Positions 9,745-20,288 of a stretch of DNA of 50,859 nucleotides are shown here, piece after piece; position 1 is the first letter of the stretch; each line of letters starts with the position of its first letter. Location of the stretch: positions 16,064-66,922 of the forward strand of contig JBHEOF010000004.1 of NCBI GenBank assembly GCA_046261715.1, in the 5' to 3' direction. The notes under the pieces are model-generated. The model ran no database searches. It worked only from the letters and a program-made list of their open reading frames with translations, and had not been told where the DNA came from. Position numbers and translations under genes: made by a program. Source of the stretch: Bacteroidales bacterium (lineage in GTDB: Bacteria > Bacteroidota > Bacteroidia > Bacteroidales > UBA7960).

Positions 9745-11505
9745 TTAATCGCGGAACAGTAATTTTCTGTCTCTATCGGCCGCCTGTTCTGCCCAATTTT
9801 CAGGAACAATATACCAGTTATTTCCAGCTTGAGGGTTGATGCTGCGATATTGCTGCATGTAGTCAGCAATATGACTTCGCAAATCTTTTTCAGAAACCCA
9901 TATTATACGATTTTCCAGTTCATGATGTTCAATTCCTGCACCATCGGTAATGTGTCCTCCACCTCCACTTCCGCGGTAGGAATTTATGGCTACTGTATAG
10001 ATCCTATCAGGATCAAAAGGGCTGCCATCCGACAATGATTTTATTGTTATGCGGTTACCTGGCTTTTGTGTAACATCAACCACATAGTTAACACCTGAGG
10101 CCGAGTCGAAGTTATAAAAGGCATTGGCCAGGCGTATTGATTCATAAACTGATGAACGTCCGCGTGATTCATCTCTGAAAAGTAAGAGATGGTCATCAGG
10201 ACCCTGCATGGTATTCATCCATAATCCATAGGAGTATTCAAGGAAGTTCTTTATTTCATTACCGGTTAGCTGCATTTTATATAAGTAATTCTCAAACGGG
10301 TACAAGTTAAACATGTCGCGCAAATGAACTACTCCGGCTTCAAGGGTAGCATCAAAAGACAAAGGTGCTGCAAATGAGATATCAGCATCAGTTAATTCAA
10401 GTTGAATGGAGTGAATAAAATCGGTAAACGCAGAGTTACCCCAGTAACTATCGCGTGAATGAAGATCATTTTGCAAAACGGTAAGTGGTTGACTTACATA
10501 ATCCAGAACAGTCTGCTGCTCATCAGCAAACATTTTCATAAACTCAGGACTAGGTTCATATTCTGTCATTTCAACAATATTTCCTTCTTTGCCTGTTAGT
10601 TTGAAACCATCCTCTGCAGAACCTTCAAATAACAGATCAACTACTGCTGCTGACCTTGCAAAAGACTGTCCTGCTATCATAAGCACATCATCACCATCTG
10701 AATTATTAAAGGTTACATTCCTTACCCGGTGATCATGAGCTGTAAAAATCACATCAAACCCGGGAACATACTTCCCAACATACATTGCGGCGTTTTCAAG
10801 GTAAACTTCATCTCCGGCGTATTCCACATCCGGACCGGCTCCGCTGTGAAACAATCCTAAAACAACATCGGGATTTTCATTTTCGCGAATATGCTCCATC
10901 CAGTAAGAAGCGGCCGCATACATTCCTGTAAATTCAAGACTTTCCCATAATTTTCTGGGTAACCAGTTAGGTACTGATGGAGTTACCAGCCCCATAATGG
11001 CAATTTTAACTCCTGATCGTTCAAGTATTGTATAAGGTTCGAAATAAGGCATACCTGTGCGAATATGTAGAACATTGGCTGCCAGCCAGGGGAAATCATA
11101 CTGACTTTTCAAAGGATTGTAAACCTCCCAGCCGGTTTCAATATCATGGTTTCCCACTGTGGATGCATCAAACTCCATATGGTTCATCACCCGGGCAAAC
11201 AAATTCACTTCGTCCTGTGCCAGATAATTAAAATAATAGCCTGCAGGTTGTCCCTGCAAGTGATCGCCATTATCAAGAAGAATAACATGATCGCCCAGCG
11301 ATCTACGTTGCTCATCCACATAGGTTTTTACGTGGGCCAGACTTCCATTTAATTCTCTGTCATTAACAAAATCATAGGGAAAAATTCTTGCATGCACATC
11401 TGCGAGGGTTACTATCTTTATCTTTACATCCTGTCCATAAGCAAAAGAAACTGCAATGGACAAAAACAAAAAGGTCAGTAGCCTTATATTTCCTGATTTT
11501 TTCAT
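9745..11505 (-). CDS. cpdB: Periplasmic bifunctional metallophosphatase/5'-nucleotidase (CpdB-like 2',3'-cyclic-nucleotide phosphodiesterase)
   Basis: Signal peptide; calcineurin-like motifs DVH, DNGDHLQG, GNHD, HSG and HDH; C-terminal nucleotidase domain LYPFEN, YNFDSA, AINSYRGSGGG. Confidence 0.82.
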   Translation of the reverse strand: MKKSGNIRLLTFLFLSIAVSFAYGQDVKIKIVTLADVHARIFPYDFVNDRELNGSLAHVKTYVDEQRRSLGDHVILLDNGDHLQGQPAGYYFNYLAQDEVNLFARVMNHMEFDASTVGNHDIETGWEVYNPLKSQYDFPWLAANVLHIRTGMPYFEPYTILERSGVKIAIMGLVTPSVPNWLPRKLWESLEFTGMYAAASYWMEHIRENENPDVVLGLFHSGAGPDVEYAGDEVYLENAAMYVGKYVPGFDVIFTAHDHRVRNVTFNNSDGDDVLMIAGQSFARSAAVVDLLFEGSAEDGFKLTGKEGNIVEMTEYEPSPEFMKMFADEQQTVLDYVSQPLTVLQNDLHSRDSYWGNSAFTDFIHSIQLELTDADISFAAPLSFDATLEAGVVHLRDMFNLYPFENYLYKMQLTGNEIKNFLEYSYGLWMNTMQGPDDHLLLFRDESRGRSSVYESIRLANAFYNFDSASGVNYVVDVTQKPGNRITIKSLSDGSPFDPDRIYTVAINSYRGSGGGGHITDGAGIEHHELENRIIWVSEKDLRSHIADYMQQYRSINPQAGNNWYIVPENWAEQAADRDRKLLFRD

Positions 11506-11543
11506 AACGATATATTTGTTATTTCTTAATATTATAAATCATC

Positions 11544-11592
11544 AACCTTAAATTAACTTTTCCAATCTTAATCTCAACCTTAACCTTAAACT
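11544..11592. repeat. Degenerate hexamer tandem repeat (AAYCTY)n
   Basis: aacctt aaatt aacttt tcc aatctt aatctc aacctt aacctt aaact; a related array lies inverted at 49983-50012. Confidence 0.7.
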
Positions 11593-11628
11593 AAAAAAGC
11601 GGTACCTGCAAAACTACAAATACCGCTT
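11593..11628 (-). terminator. Intrinsic terminator of rpoD
   Basis: Minus strand AAGCGGTA-TTTGTA-gttt-TGCAGG-TACCGCTT ending in a T6 run, 26 nt after the rpoD stop. Confidence 0.8.
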
Positions 11629-11654
11629 AAATAATCATCTATCTGAAGAGAAAA

Positions 11655-12521
11655 TTACTGCCCAAGATAGGCTTTTAATAATTTACTCCTTGAGGTGTGC
11701 TTAAGTCTTCTTATTGCCTTTTCCTTTATCTGGCGTACACGTTCGCGTGTCAAATCGAACTTTGCTCCAATTTCATCCAGTGTAAGACCATGATTCATTC
11801 CTATGCCGAAATACAGATTAATAACGTCCCTTTCCTTCTCTGTAAGAGTAGCGAGTGATCTTTGGATCTCCCGGGCCAGAGATTCGTGAATAAGGCTTGA
11901 GTCGGCATTTGGTGAGTCCTTGTTGATGTAAACATCCAGTAAGCTGGCGTCTTCACCTTGCACCAGCGGAGCATCAACAGACACATGATGCGTGGAAATA
12001 CGGTAAGATTCGGTGATCTTATCTTCGTTGATTTCCAATGAATCAGCAAGTTCTTCAGAAGAGGGCGGACGTTCAAATTTTTGTTCCAGGCGCGAAGCTT
12101 CTTTTTTAATTTTGTTAAGTGAACCTACCTGGTTCAGAGGCAACCTGACAATTCTTGACTGTTCGGCCAAAGCCTGAAGAATAGACTGACGAATCCACCA
12201 CACCGCGTACGAGATAAACTTAAAACCACGGGTTTCATCAAACCTTTTTGCAGCTTTTATCAAGCCCAGATTCCCTTCGTTGATCAGGTCGGGAAGGCTT
12301 AAACCTTGGTTTTGGTATTGCTTGGCAACGGACACCACAAAACGTAAGTTTGCTTTGGTAAGTTTTTCCAAAGCAGCCTGATCGCCTTGTTTGATTCGTT
12401 GAGCAAGTTGTACTTCTTCTTCGGCTGTAATAAGTGGTACCTTGCCAATTTCCTGAAGATACTTGTCTAACGAAGCAGTGTCACGATTGGTAATAGATTT
12501 TGAAATCTTTAATTGTCTCAT
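11655..12521 (-). CDS. rpoD: Primary sigma70 factor (short Bacteroidota-type RpoD, lacks region 1.1)
   Basis: Start [13 protein letters not shown] at 12521; [35 protein letters not shown] and [12 protein letters not shown]. Confidence 0.95.
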   Translation of the reverse strand: MRQLKISKSITNRDTASLDKYLQEIGKVPLITAEEEVQLAQRIKQGDQAALEKLTKANLRFVVSVAKQYQNQGLSLPDLINEGNLGLIKAAKRFDETRGFKFISYAVWWIRQSILQALAEQSRIVRLPLNQVGSLNKIKKEASRLEQKFERPPSSEELADSLEINEDKITESYRISTHHVSVDAPLVQGEDASLLDVYINKDSPNADSSLIHESLAREIQRSLATLTEKERDVINLYFGIGMNHGLTLDEIGAKFDLTRERVRQIKEKAIRRLKHTSRSKLLKAYLGQ

Positions 12522-12590
12522 AGTTTTAACTAAAGTTTTATAAATAGGGGTAGTGGAAAAGAAGTTGATTTTCTTTTGCAGAAAAACCTT

Positions 12591-12620
12591 CAAAGTTACA
12601 AAATTTTCAGAACATGACAA
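12591..12620 (-). promoter_or_regulatory. rpoD promoter (TTG-N19-TAACTTTG)
   Basis: Minus-strand TTG at 12620-12618 and TAACTTTG at 12598-12591. Confidence 0.65.
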
Positions 12621-12659
12621 TGGTTATTTACATGTATTTTTATTATGTATAGCCATCTC

Positions 12660-12701
12660 TGCAAGTTTTATAAACTATTACAACAATTAACAAAACCTGC
12701 A
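12660..12701 (-). terminator. Hairpin downstream of degP (possible terminator or stabiliser)
   Basis: Minus strand TGCAGGTTTT…AAAACTTGCA 10-bp stem with an AU-rich inner stem; no clear U-tract. Confidence 0.3.
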
Positions 12702-12766
12702 AAGACGGATATGATCTATTAATAACCGGTAATTTTCTGAAATATTGCAATACTTTTCAAGGAGTA

Positions 12767-14242
12767 TTACAGGCCAACACCGTAATAAGCCCGTGTACCG
12801 TTCGGATACACTCCTTCAATGAGTATACCTCCACTTTTACTTGCAAGCATAGAAACCAATTCACGGGCTGAGGTAATTGCAACTCTGTCAACATGGGTTA
12901 TAATAAATCCTTCACGAATACCGGAGCTGGCAAGTTTTCCTCTTTCCAGGGATACAACTCTAACTCCGCTTTCAATTCTAAGCCTGTTGAGATCACTTTC
13001 TGCAACATCTTCAAGTGTAGCACCCAGTAGCTCAATTACATCCCTTTCTCCTCTTTGTACAATGGATGTATCACCATGAATATTTTTAAGAACGGTTTTG
13101 CCTTCCATTGTACGGCCATCACGGTTAAATATTACATTTACTTCATCACCCGGCCGCTTGCGACCAATGGTTTCAAGCAGCTCAGCAGTGGTATTAATCT
13201 GTCTGTTGTCAATTGCAGTAATAACATCACCTTCCTGCAAACCTGCTTCTTCACCTGCACCACCTTCATTTACATTGGCAACATAAACTCCGCGATTGAC
13301 ATTCAAGTCATTTTCTCTCACAAGTTCGGAAGTAACATCACTGATATTGATATTCAGGAATCCTCTCTGAACTTCACCATGTTCCATAAGGTCGGTAACA
13401 ACCTTCTTGGCAATGTTGGAAGGAATGGCAAAAGAGTATCCGGCAAAAGAACCGGTAGTTGAAGCAATGGCAGCATTGATACCGATAAGTTCACCATTGG
13501 TATTTACCAAAGCTCCACCTGAATTTCCACGGTTCACAGCTGCATCAGTCTGGATAAAAGACTCTATGGCAGTATCACCACCCAAAATATTAATCTGGCG
13601 GCCTTTGGCACTTACAATACCTGCAGTTACTGTAGATGTAAGGTTAAAAGGGTTACCAACTGCAAGAACCCACTCTCCCACTTTCACCTTATCCGAGTCT
13701 CCGAAAACAGCATAAGGCAAATCTTCTCCTTCTATTTTAAGCAATGCAAGGTCTGTGGTGGGATCGGTACCTATAACGGTAGCTTCAAAAACCCTGTTGT
13801 CATTGAGTGTGACCTCAATTAAAACAGCATCCTGTACCACATGGTTATTGGTAATGACATATCCGTCATCACTCAGAATCACACCGCTACCACTACCCTG
13901 TACGCGGCGCTCAGGGGCGCGGCGCTGACGTGGTCCGAAAAACTCACGAAACATATCGTCAGGCCCGAAAAACTCATCATAAAGACTGCTTGGACGTTCA
14001 AACTCAGCTCGAATATGAACAACCGTGTTTACTGTTATTTCGGCAACCACACTAAAATCAGGCAGATGGGTCGGTACATTAGATAAATAATGTGTAAAAG
14101 CTGAAGGAACGGAAGTATTCTTTCCTTCTGCTCTCATCTGCATAATTTGTTGCTCAGCAGTTGGCGCAAAGTATCTTTGAATAAACAATGCGGATAATCC
14201 TCCTAAAATGGCAACCAATAATAATACAAAAAACTTTTTCAT
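12767..14242 (-). CDS. degP: HtrA/DegP-family serine protease with two PDZ domains
   Basis: GSGSGVI, TNNHVV, TDLALLK and IQTDAAVNRGNSGGAL catalytic-triad motifs; two PDZ domains. Confidence 0.93.
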   Translation of the reverse strand: MKKFFVLLLVAILGGLSALFIQRYFAPTAEQQIMQMRAEGKNTSVPSAFTHYLSNVPTHLPDFSVVAEITVNTVVHIRAEFERPSSLYDEFFGPDDMFREFFGPRQRRAPERRVQGSGSGVILSDDGYVITNNHVVQDAVLIEVTLNDNRVFEATVIGTDPTTDLALLKIEGEDLPYAVFGDSDKVKVGEWVLAVGNPFNLTSTVTAGIVSAKGRQINILGGDTAIESFIQTDAAVNRGNSGGALVNTNGELIGINAAIASTTGSFAGYSFAIPSNIAKKVVTDLMEHGEVQRGFLNINISDVTSELVRENDLNVNRGVYVANVNEGGAGEEAGLQEGDVITAIDNRQINTTAELLETIGRKRPGDEVNVIFNRDGRTMEGKTVLKNIHGDTSIVQRGERDVIELLGATLEDVAESDLNRLRIESGVRVVSLERGKLASSGIREGFIITHVDRVAITSARELVSMLASKSGGILIEGVYPNGTRAYYGVGL

Positions 14243-14566
14243 GGTTTAAAAGATTTGTTTGTTAATATGTTATTCAAAATTATGATGTCAATCAATCTTG
14301 TTTCTTTACATAAAAATTCAGAAAACACCCTGCAATTTATATACCCTTAATAAAATCAATTGTTCAAAAAAACAAGTATTTTATTACAAATATGTTGTTC
14401 AACGTACTCAAATTCAGTTAATTTTGACAATGCTGTTAAAAATAGTTAACCTTTAACAATATTTGCAGAAGCATTGTTTCCTTGTATGTATTATATTGTA
14501 ATAAAAAATTAACCCATCCCGCAAAGTAATCAGTAATAATGCCTAAAATTACATTACTGATTTTTG

Positions 14567-14574
14567 TAAATTTG
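14567..14574 (+). promoter_or_regulatory. -7 element for the hypothetical-dapF-GNAT-mltG operon
   Basis: TAAATTTG 32 nt before ATG 14607, preceded by the 10-bp inverted repeat AATCAGTAAT/ATTACTGATT. Confidence 0.55.
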
Positions 14575-14606
14575 CTGTAAATATCAATTATTTCTGCTAT
14601 CAGTAA

Positions 14607-15269
14607 ATGAAAAAAAGGATTCGTCAGGACTTTAATACAATTTATCTTTTTCTCGGACTGCTACTGGGTTTTTTTCTTGGTAGCACAGTAGTATACTGGC
14701 ATTTTGACAGACAAAATGACAGAATTGTTCAGGAAGCTGTGGATAGAATTATTGCCATCTTTTCAGACAATAGCACCAGTGAAACCATCAACTTAAATGA
14801 ATTAAATATAAAAGGTGAGTCATCAAAGTCAAACAATGATTTATCGGAGAATGCTTTAACTGAAATTGAAAACCCGCCAATTTATTCCATCTTGCCTGAT
14901 TTTGATAATAACAATTATGCGTTTGCCCGCGATATACTCGTGGAAAGACGCATTATATCAGTCCCCATGCAATATTTTGAAAAAAGTTCATCAGAAAAGA
15001 TGCTTGAATCCGAAATTGGGGCAGATCCAGTGAATCAAAATACTCAGGTTTTTCATCTTGAGTTCTGGGAGTCTCCGTTAAACTCAGTGGGATATAAAAT
15101 GAGTAAAACAAGAATTGTTTTTTATGGTATAAAAACAGCTGAACTTGCCAGTATTCAGCATCATAACGGGAAGTTTTATCTGAATTACATGAATGATTTT
15201 TACCCAATTGAATTTACAACTACCTTTAAACCACTTGTACCGGAAAAACTGGCTGAACTTCCCGAATAA
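14607..15269 (+). CDS. Hypothetical membrane-anchored protein
   Basis: 220-aa ORF with one N-terminal TM, a low-complexity linker and a globular C-terminus (LEFWESPLNSVGYKM); ends 11 nt before dapF. Confidence 0.75.
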   Translation: MKKRIRQDFNTIYLFLGLLLGFFLGSTVVYWHFDRQNDRIVQEAVDRIIAIFSDNSTSETINLNELNIKGESSKSNNDLSENALTEIENPPIYSILPDFDNNNYAFARDILVERRIISVPMQYFEKSSSEKMLESEIGADPVNQNTQVFHLEFWESPLNSVGYKMSKTRIVFYGIKTAELASIQHHNGKFYLNYMNDFYPIEFTTTFKPLVPEKLAELPE

Positions 15270-15280
15270 ATGTAAATCTT

Positions 15281-16099
15281 ATGATAGTAAAGTTTTTTAA
15301 ATACCACGGCGCAGGGAATGATTTTATTATTATTGATGAGCGTCAACAAGACATTTTGAGCCATATAACAGAGAACCACACCATCATATCCGCACTTTGC
15401 CATCGCAGATTTGGAATTGGTGCTGATGGTTTAATGATCCTTCGCTCTCATCATGAATATGATTTTCATATGTTTTATTACAACAGTGATGGGTATGAAG
15501 GAAGTATGTGCGGTAATGGAGGAAGGTGTCTTACCGCATTTGCCTCTCATCAGGGCATTATTGAAAACAAAACAGTTTTTCTGGCAAGTGATGGGCTTCA
15601 CAAAGCAACTATAAATTCCGACGATGGTCACTTTTCTTCTGTATCATTAAGTATGAATGATGTTACAAACATTAGAGAAACGGATTATGGCCTGTTCCTT
15701 GATACGGGATCACCCCATATCGTAAAATTTACGGAAGATTTGTTGCAGATCAAAGTTGAATCTGAAGGAAAAAATATAAGAAATGCTGATACTTTCCGAC
15801 CCCTTGGTACCAATGTAAATTTTGTCGCTATTGTTGATGATAATTTACATATCCGCACATACGAAAGAGGTGTTGAAAATGAAACGCTTGCTTGCGGTAC
15901 AGGAATAACTGCTGCAGCTATTGCAGCGTTTCATAAAGGTTTTATAAGTAAAAACAATATCGAAGTAATTGCCAGGGGAGGTTTACTGAATGTAAGCTTT
16001 TCTCCCGGCCCCCAAGGATATCGCGATATAATTTTAACCGGTCCTGCACAAAAAGTATTCGAAGGAGAAATTCAATTGTCCAACTTGATGATCCAGTAA
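15281..16099 (+). CDS. dapF: Diaminopimelate epimerase
   Basis: KYHGAGNDF, RRFGIGADG, MCGNGGRC, TGSPH and RTYERGVENETLACGTG. Confidence 0.97.
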   Translation: MIVKFFKYHGAGNDFIIIDERQQDILSHITENHTIISALCHRRFGIGADGLMILRSHHEYDFHMFYYNSDGYEGSMCGNGGRCLTAFASHQGIIENKTVFLASDGLHKATINSDDGHFSSVSLSMNDVTNIRETDYGLFLDTGSPHIVKFTEDLLQIKVESEGKNIRNADTFRPLGTNVNFVAIVDDNLHIRTYERGVENETLACGTGITAAAIAAFHKGFISKNNIEVIARGGLLNVSFSPGPQGYRDIILTGPAQKVFEGEIQLSNLMIQ

Positions 16100-16137
16100 T
16101 ACAGCAATCATTAATTATAAATCAAACAAATAAAAGG

Positions 16138-16662
16138 ATGAAAGCATTACAGGGTAAACATCTTACTTTGCGGGCCATGGAGCCCAATGATATAGATATA
16201 ATGTATGAATGGGAAAATGATCCTGATACCTGGAAGTATAGCAATACTGTTTCTCCCTTTTCACGCTTTTATCTTGAACAATATGTTATTAATTCGCATT
16301 GTGATATTTATACCGACAAACAACTCAGGCTTATGATCACAGACCATGAAAAAAATACTGTTGGTTGTGTTGATTTGTTTGAATTTGACCCTAAAAACAG
16401 GCGTGCAGGAATTGGAATTCTGATTGCCGGAGATTTCAGAAAAAAGGGGTATGCGTCAGAAACGCTTGATATTATTATTCATTATGCCGCGGGTATACTC
16501 AACCTCAAGCAGTTGTACTGCAATATATCTGAAAACAATAAAGTAAGCCTAAACTTGTTTAATAAAAAGGGATTTGTAAAATCAGGCACCAAAAAAAACT
16601 GGAGATTGATTGACAATAAATGGGAAAATGAACACTTTTTTCAACTGATTTTTGAATCATAA
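16138..16662 (+). CDS. GNAT N-acetyltransferase (RimJ/RimL/SpeG-like)
   Basis: LRAMEPND, RRAGIGILI…FRKKGYA acetyl-CoA motif, N-x-x-S-x-x-LF-x-K-x-GF. Confidence 0.88.
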   Translation: MKALQGKHLTLRAMEPNDIDIMYEWENDPDTWKYSNTVSPFSRFYLEQYVINSHCDIYTDKQLRLMITDHEKNTVGCVDLFEFDPKNRRAGIGILIAGDFRKKGYASETLDIIIHYAAGILNLKQLYCNISENNKVSLNLFNKKGFVKSGTKKNWRLIDNKWENEHFFQLIFES

Positions 16663-16674
16663 CCATAATACTAA

Positions 16675-17748
16675 ATGTCAGGAAAAAGAAGGAAAAAATC
16701 GAAAAAAATACCTTATTGGTTAAAGGTAATTATATCTGTATTTATTATATTAGTTATTATTGGTGGTATTGTATTCTACCGGCTTTATGATGCCGTTTTT
16801 CAACCCAATATTTACCTGGGTGAAAGACAAACCAAACACATCTATATTCCTACAGGCAGTGATTTCAATGATGTGAAATCCATTTTGTATGAAGATGACA
16901 TGATCATAAATACCAACACTTTTGAATGGCTGGTTGATAAAAAAAACTACAAAAATAATATACGTCCCGGTCGCTATCTGATTCACGATAAGATGGGCAA
17001 CAATGAGCTCATCAATATCCTGCGTTCAGGCAATCAGGATCCGGTAATGCTTACTTTCAACAATATCAGACTTAAAGAAGAACTTGCCGGAATTATTGCC
17101 AATCAACTTGAAGCTGATTCTCTCTCGATCATCAATTTACTCAATAATCCGGAAGTACTGGAAAAATATAATCATACTCCTGAAACAGCAAAACTTCTTT
17201 TTATACCAAATACATATGAGTTTTTCTGGAATACTTCAGCCGAACAACTTCTGGAACGTATGCATCGCGAATACAATGCTTTCTGGAATAAGGAAAGAAA
17301 AAGAAAAGCTGAACAGATTAACCTTTCCCCTCTTGAAGTAGGTACATTAGCATCTATCGTACAGGCTGAAACATATATGCCTGATGAATATTCAAAAGTG
17401 GCAGGTGTTTATATTAACAGGCTGAAACGAAACATGCCCCTTCAGGCCGATCCTACAATTATATTTGCCGTGGGCGATTTCTCGATGAGAAGGGTACTGA
17501 CCAGGCATCTTGAAATTGATTCACCTTACAACACCTACAAAAATGCAGGGTTACCCCCCGGCCCTATCAGTATTCCCGATCAGCGTGTCATCGATGGAGT
17601 GCTCAACCACCAGCAACATGAATATTTATACTTTTGTGCAAAAGATGATTTTTCAGGTTATCATGCATTTGCTAAGACCTATTCTCAGCACCTGGCCAAT
17701 GCCCGCAGATACCAGAATGCCTTAAATCAAAGAAGAATCATGCGATAG
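16675..17748 (+). CDS. mltG: Endolytic transglycosylase MltG
   Basis: N-terminal TM; LASIVQAET, VYINRL…MPLQADPT, SPYNTYKNAGLPPGPI and YLYFCA. Confidence 0.96.
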   Translation: MSGKRRKKSKKIPYWLKVIISVFIILVIIGGIVFYRLYDAVFQPNIYLGERQTKHIYIPTGSDFNDVKSILYEDDMIINTNTFEWLVDKKNYKNNIRPGRYLIHDKMGNNELINILRSGNQDPVMLTFNNIRLKEELAGIIANQLEADSLSIINLLNNPEVLEKYNHTPETAKLLFIPNTYEFFWNTSAEQLLERMHREYNAFWNKERKRKAEQINLSPLEVGTLASIVQAETYMPDEYSKVAGVYINRLKRNMPLQADPTIIFAVGDFSMRRVLTRHLEIDSPYNTYKNAGLPPGPISIPDQRVIDGVLNHQQHEYLYFCAKDDFSGYHAFAKTYSQHLANARRYQNALNQRRIMR

Positions 17749-17831
17749 TATTCCATTAACTTCAATTTATCTTGTTATTTTTGTGGATTGCATTAAAGTT
17801 GAGTATAACCCAACACTAAATAATCTTTACC

Positions 17832-19238
17832 ATGAACATCAAATTCGGAACAGATGGCTGGCGGGCTGTAATTGCGAAAGAATTTACCGTTGAAAATGTG
17901 GCCAGAATTAGCGAAGCCGTTGCACAGTGGTTACTGAAAAGGAAAGAAAACCCTGTTGTGATTATTGGACATGACTGCCGTTTTGCAGGAGAACTATTTA
18001 ACGAAACTGCAGCAAAAGTACTGGCTTCCAACAACGTAAAGGTATTTATGGCAGATGGGTTCGTTTCTACTCCCATGATATCACTGGGGGTTTTAAAATA
18101 CAAATGCGATCTGGGCATTGTAATAACAGCCAGCCACAACCCTCCCGAATACAACGGATACAAACTCAAAGGTTCATACGGCGGACCACTTATGGATAAA
18201 GAAATCCATGAAGTGGAAGAACTGATTCCTGAATACTTTAACAAAACTCTCGATAATATATCAATGGATGACCTTACTGATTCAGGTAAGGTTGAAATTA
18301 TTGACCTGGAAACCTATTATTGCAATTACCTGGAAGAGAAATTTGATCTGGATGCCATACGAAATTCAGAACTTGAATTTGCTTTTGATGCTATGTATGG
18401 CTCAGGACAAAATGTAATGCGCCGACTATTCCCTGGTATTACCCTAATGCATTGCGAGCGCCAACCTTTGTTCGACGGAATACCCCCTGAGCCACTCCAT
18501 CGTAACCTACAGGAATTTTCTGAGATGATAAAACTCGCTGAAAACATCGATTGCGGATTGGCAGTAGATGGCGATGCCGACAGGATTGCTCTTTACGACC
18601 ATCAGGGAAATTACGTTGATTCCCATCATACCATGCTCCTTCTCATCCATTACTTATATCATTACAAACAACAAACCGGCAAGGTAGCAACCGGGTTTTC
18701 ATCCACAGTAAAGATCAGGAAACTCTGTGAACATTACAATCTGCCACTTGAAATAGTAATGATAGGATTTAAACATATTTGTGAGCTGATGCTTACAGAA
18801 GATATCCTGATGGGAGGCGAAGAGTCAGGGGGTATTGCCGTTGCCGGCCACATTCCCGAGCGTGATGGCATCTATAACGGTATTATCATTTGGGAAGCCA
18901 TGGTAAAAACCGGTAAATCGCTGCAGCAACTTCTACATGAGATATACGATATTACGGGTGGCTTCGCATTTGAGCGTCGCGACCTTAAAATACCGCAGGA
19001 AGACAAAGATCGCATTGTAAAAAACTGTGAGAATAATGTATATGAATCTTTTGGACCTTATAAAGTAGAAAAAGTGGAAACCCTTGATGGTTTCAAGTAC
19101 TACTTCAATGACCACGAATGGCTCATGATAAGGCCTTCAGGAACAGAGCCTGTTTTGCGCACTTATGCCGAATCATCAACGAGAGATAAAGCTCTTGATA
19201 TTTTACAGCATGGCTATGATACTATCATGAAAAAATGA
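17832..19238 (+). CDS. Phosphoglucomutase/phosphomannomutase family protein
   Basis: FGTDGWR, ITASHNP (phospho-Ser), DGDADR metal loop, GEESGG and RPSGTEP. Confidence 0.95.
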   Translation: MNIKFGTDGWRAVIAKEFTVENVARISEAVAQWLLKRKENPVVIIGHDCRFAGELFNETAAKVLASNNVKVFMADGFVSTPMISLGVLKYKCDLGIVITASHNPPEYNGYKLKGSYGGPLMDKEIHEVEELIPEYFNKTLDNISMDDLTDSGKVEIIDLETYYCNYLEEKFDLDAIRNSELEFAFDAMYGSGQNVMRRLFPGITLMHCERQPLFDGIPPEPLHRNLQEFSEMIKLAENIDCGLAVDGDADRIALYDHQGNYVDSHHTMLLLIHYLYHYKQQTGKVATGFSSTVKIRKLCEHYNLPLEIVMIGFKHICELMLTEDILMGGEESGGIAVAGHIPERDGIYNGIIIWEAMVKTGKSLQQLLHEIYDITGGFAFERRDLKIPQEDKDRIVKNCENNVYESFGPYKVEKVETLDGFKYYFNDHEWLMIRPSGTEPVLRTYAESSTRDKALDILQHGYDTIMKK

Positions 19239-20239
19239 ACCCACCCGGTAAAAACATATCCCGGAATTTTTCTGTAAACCCATTTTTCTTTGGATCTTTT
19301 CTAAAGCAAGCTAACTTTTTATTATGTATGCTATTGGCATTGCTGGTATTAAATCCTCAAAAAGGATATTCTGTCAAAGCATTATCGAGTGATGAACTTA
19401 CCCTGGAAAAATCATATGATCCACAGCGGCTAAATTGGGTAACAGGAGCTCATATAGCTGGTTTTTCAGGCAGTTTGCTTCTGCTGAATCAAGCCTGGTA
19501 CAGCAACCATCCACGTACTTCTTTTCATTTTCATGATGACCTGTTTGATTGGAAACAAATGGATAAAGGCGGTCATATTTTAACTGCTTATCATTTGAGC
19601 CGTTTCAGTCATTACAGTTTCACGTGGGCAGGACTTAATAATCGTCAAAGTGCATTATGGGGAAATATCTCCGGAAATCTTTTCCTTACCACCATTGAAA
19701 TTCTGGATGGCTTTTCTGATGGTTGGGGTGCATCATGGAGCGATATGGCAGCAAATCTTGCAGGTTCTGCCAGTTTCTGTTTTCAGCAGGTTTACTGGCA
19801 GGAACAAAAAATTACCTGGAAATATTCCTTCTCAAAAAGCGGATTGCAACAATATCGACCTGATATGCTGGGATCAAACCTGGCTGAGAATATGCTGAAA
19901 GACTATAATGGAATCACATACTGGCTCTCCTTTAATATACATGCATTAACAGGAAAAAGGAAAGAAATACCTTCCTGGTTCAACATGGCAGTAGGCTATG
20001 GTGCTCATGGTATGTTAGGTAGCAGAATAAATCCCGGATTTTACGATGGCAATATACTACCCACTATTAAAAGAAGCAGAAGTTTTTACCTGGCTCCGGA
20101 TATTGATTACGCCAGAATCAGGGTTAACTCAGAAATTCTGGAGTCAATTTTTACTACTATGAACTTTATCAAGTTTCCTGCCCCTGCCATTGAATACAAT
20201 ACTGTGAATGGCTTCATTTTTCACTGGATATTCTTTTAG
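19235..20239 (+). CDS. DUF2279/YfiM-like protein
   Basis: W-x-QMDKGGH, IEILDGFS…WGASWSDMAAN and KDYNGITYWLS; ATGA overlap with the upstream gene; true start uncertain. Confidence 0.75.
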   Translation: MNPPGKNISRNFSVNPFFFGSFLKQANFLLCMLLALLVLNPQKGYSVKALSSDELTLEKSYDPQRLNWVTGAHIAGFSGSLLLLNQAWYSNHPRTSFHFHDDLFDWKQMDKGGHILTAYHLSRFSHYSFTWAGLNNRQSALWGNISGNLFLTTIEILDGFSDGWGASWSDMAANLAGSASFCFQQVYWQEQKITWKYSFSKSGLQQYRPDMLGSNLAENMLKDYNGITYWLSFNIHALTGKRKEIPSWFNMAVGYGAHGMLGSRINPGFYDGNILPTIKRSRSFYLAPDIDYARIRVNSEILESIFTTMNFIKFPAPAIEYNTVNGFIFHWIFF

Positions 20240-20288
20240 TATATTTCTTCTGCAAATTCAGTTTAGAGCGAGTTTTAAAGTAATTTAA

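Noticed and set aside
12522-12620. N-terminal extensions in the ORF track (rpoD, and also 8398, 29279, 34089, 42022)
   Set aside because: They overlap promoter or terminator elements or precede the family-typical N-terminus, so downstream ATGs were used.
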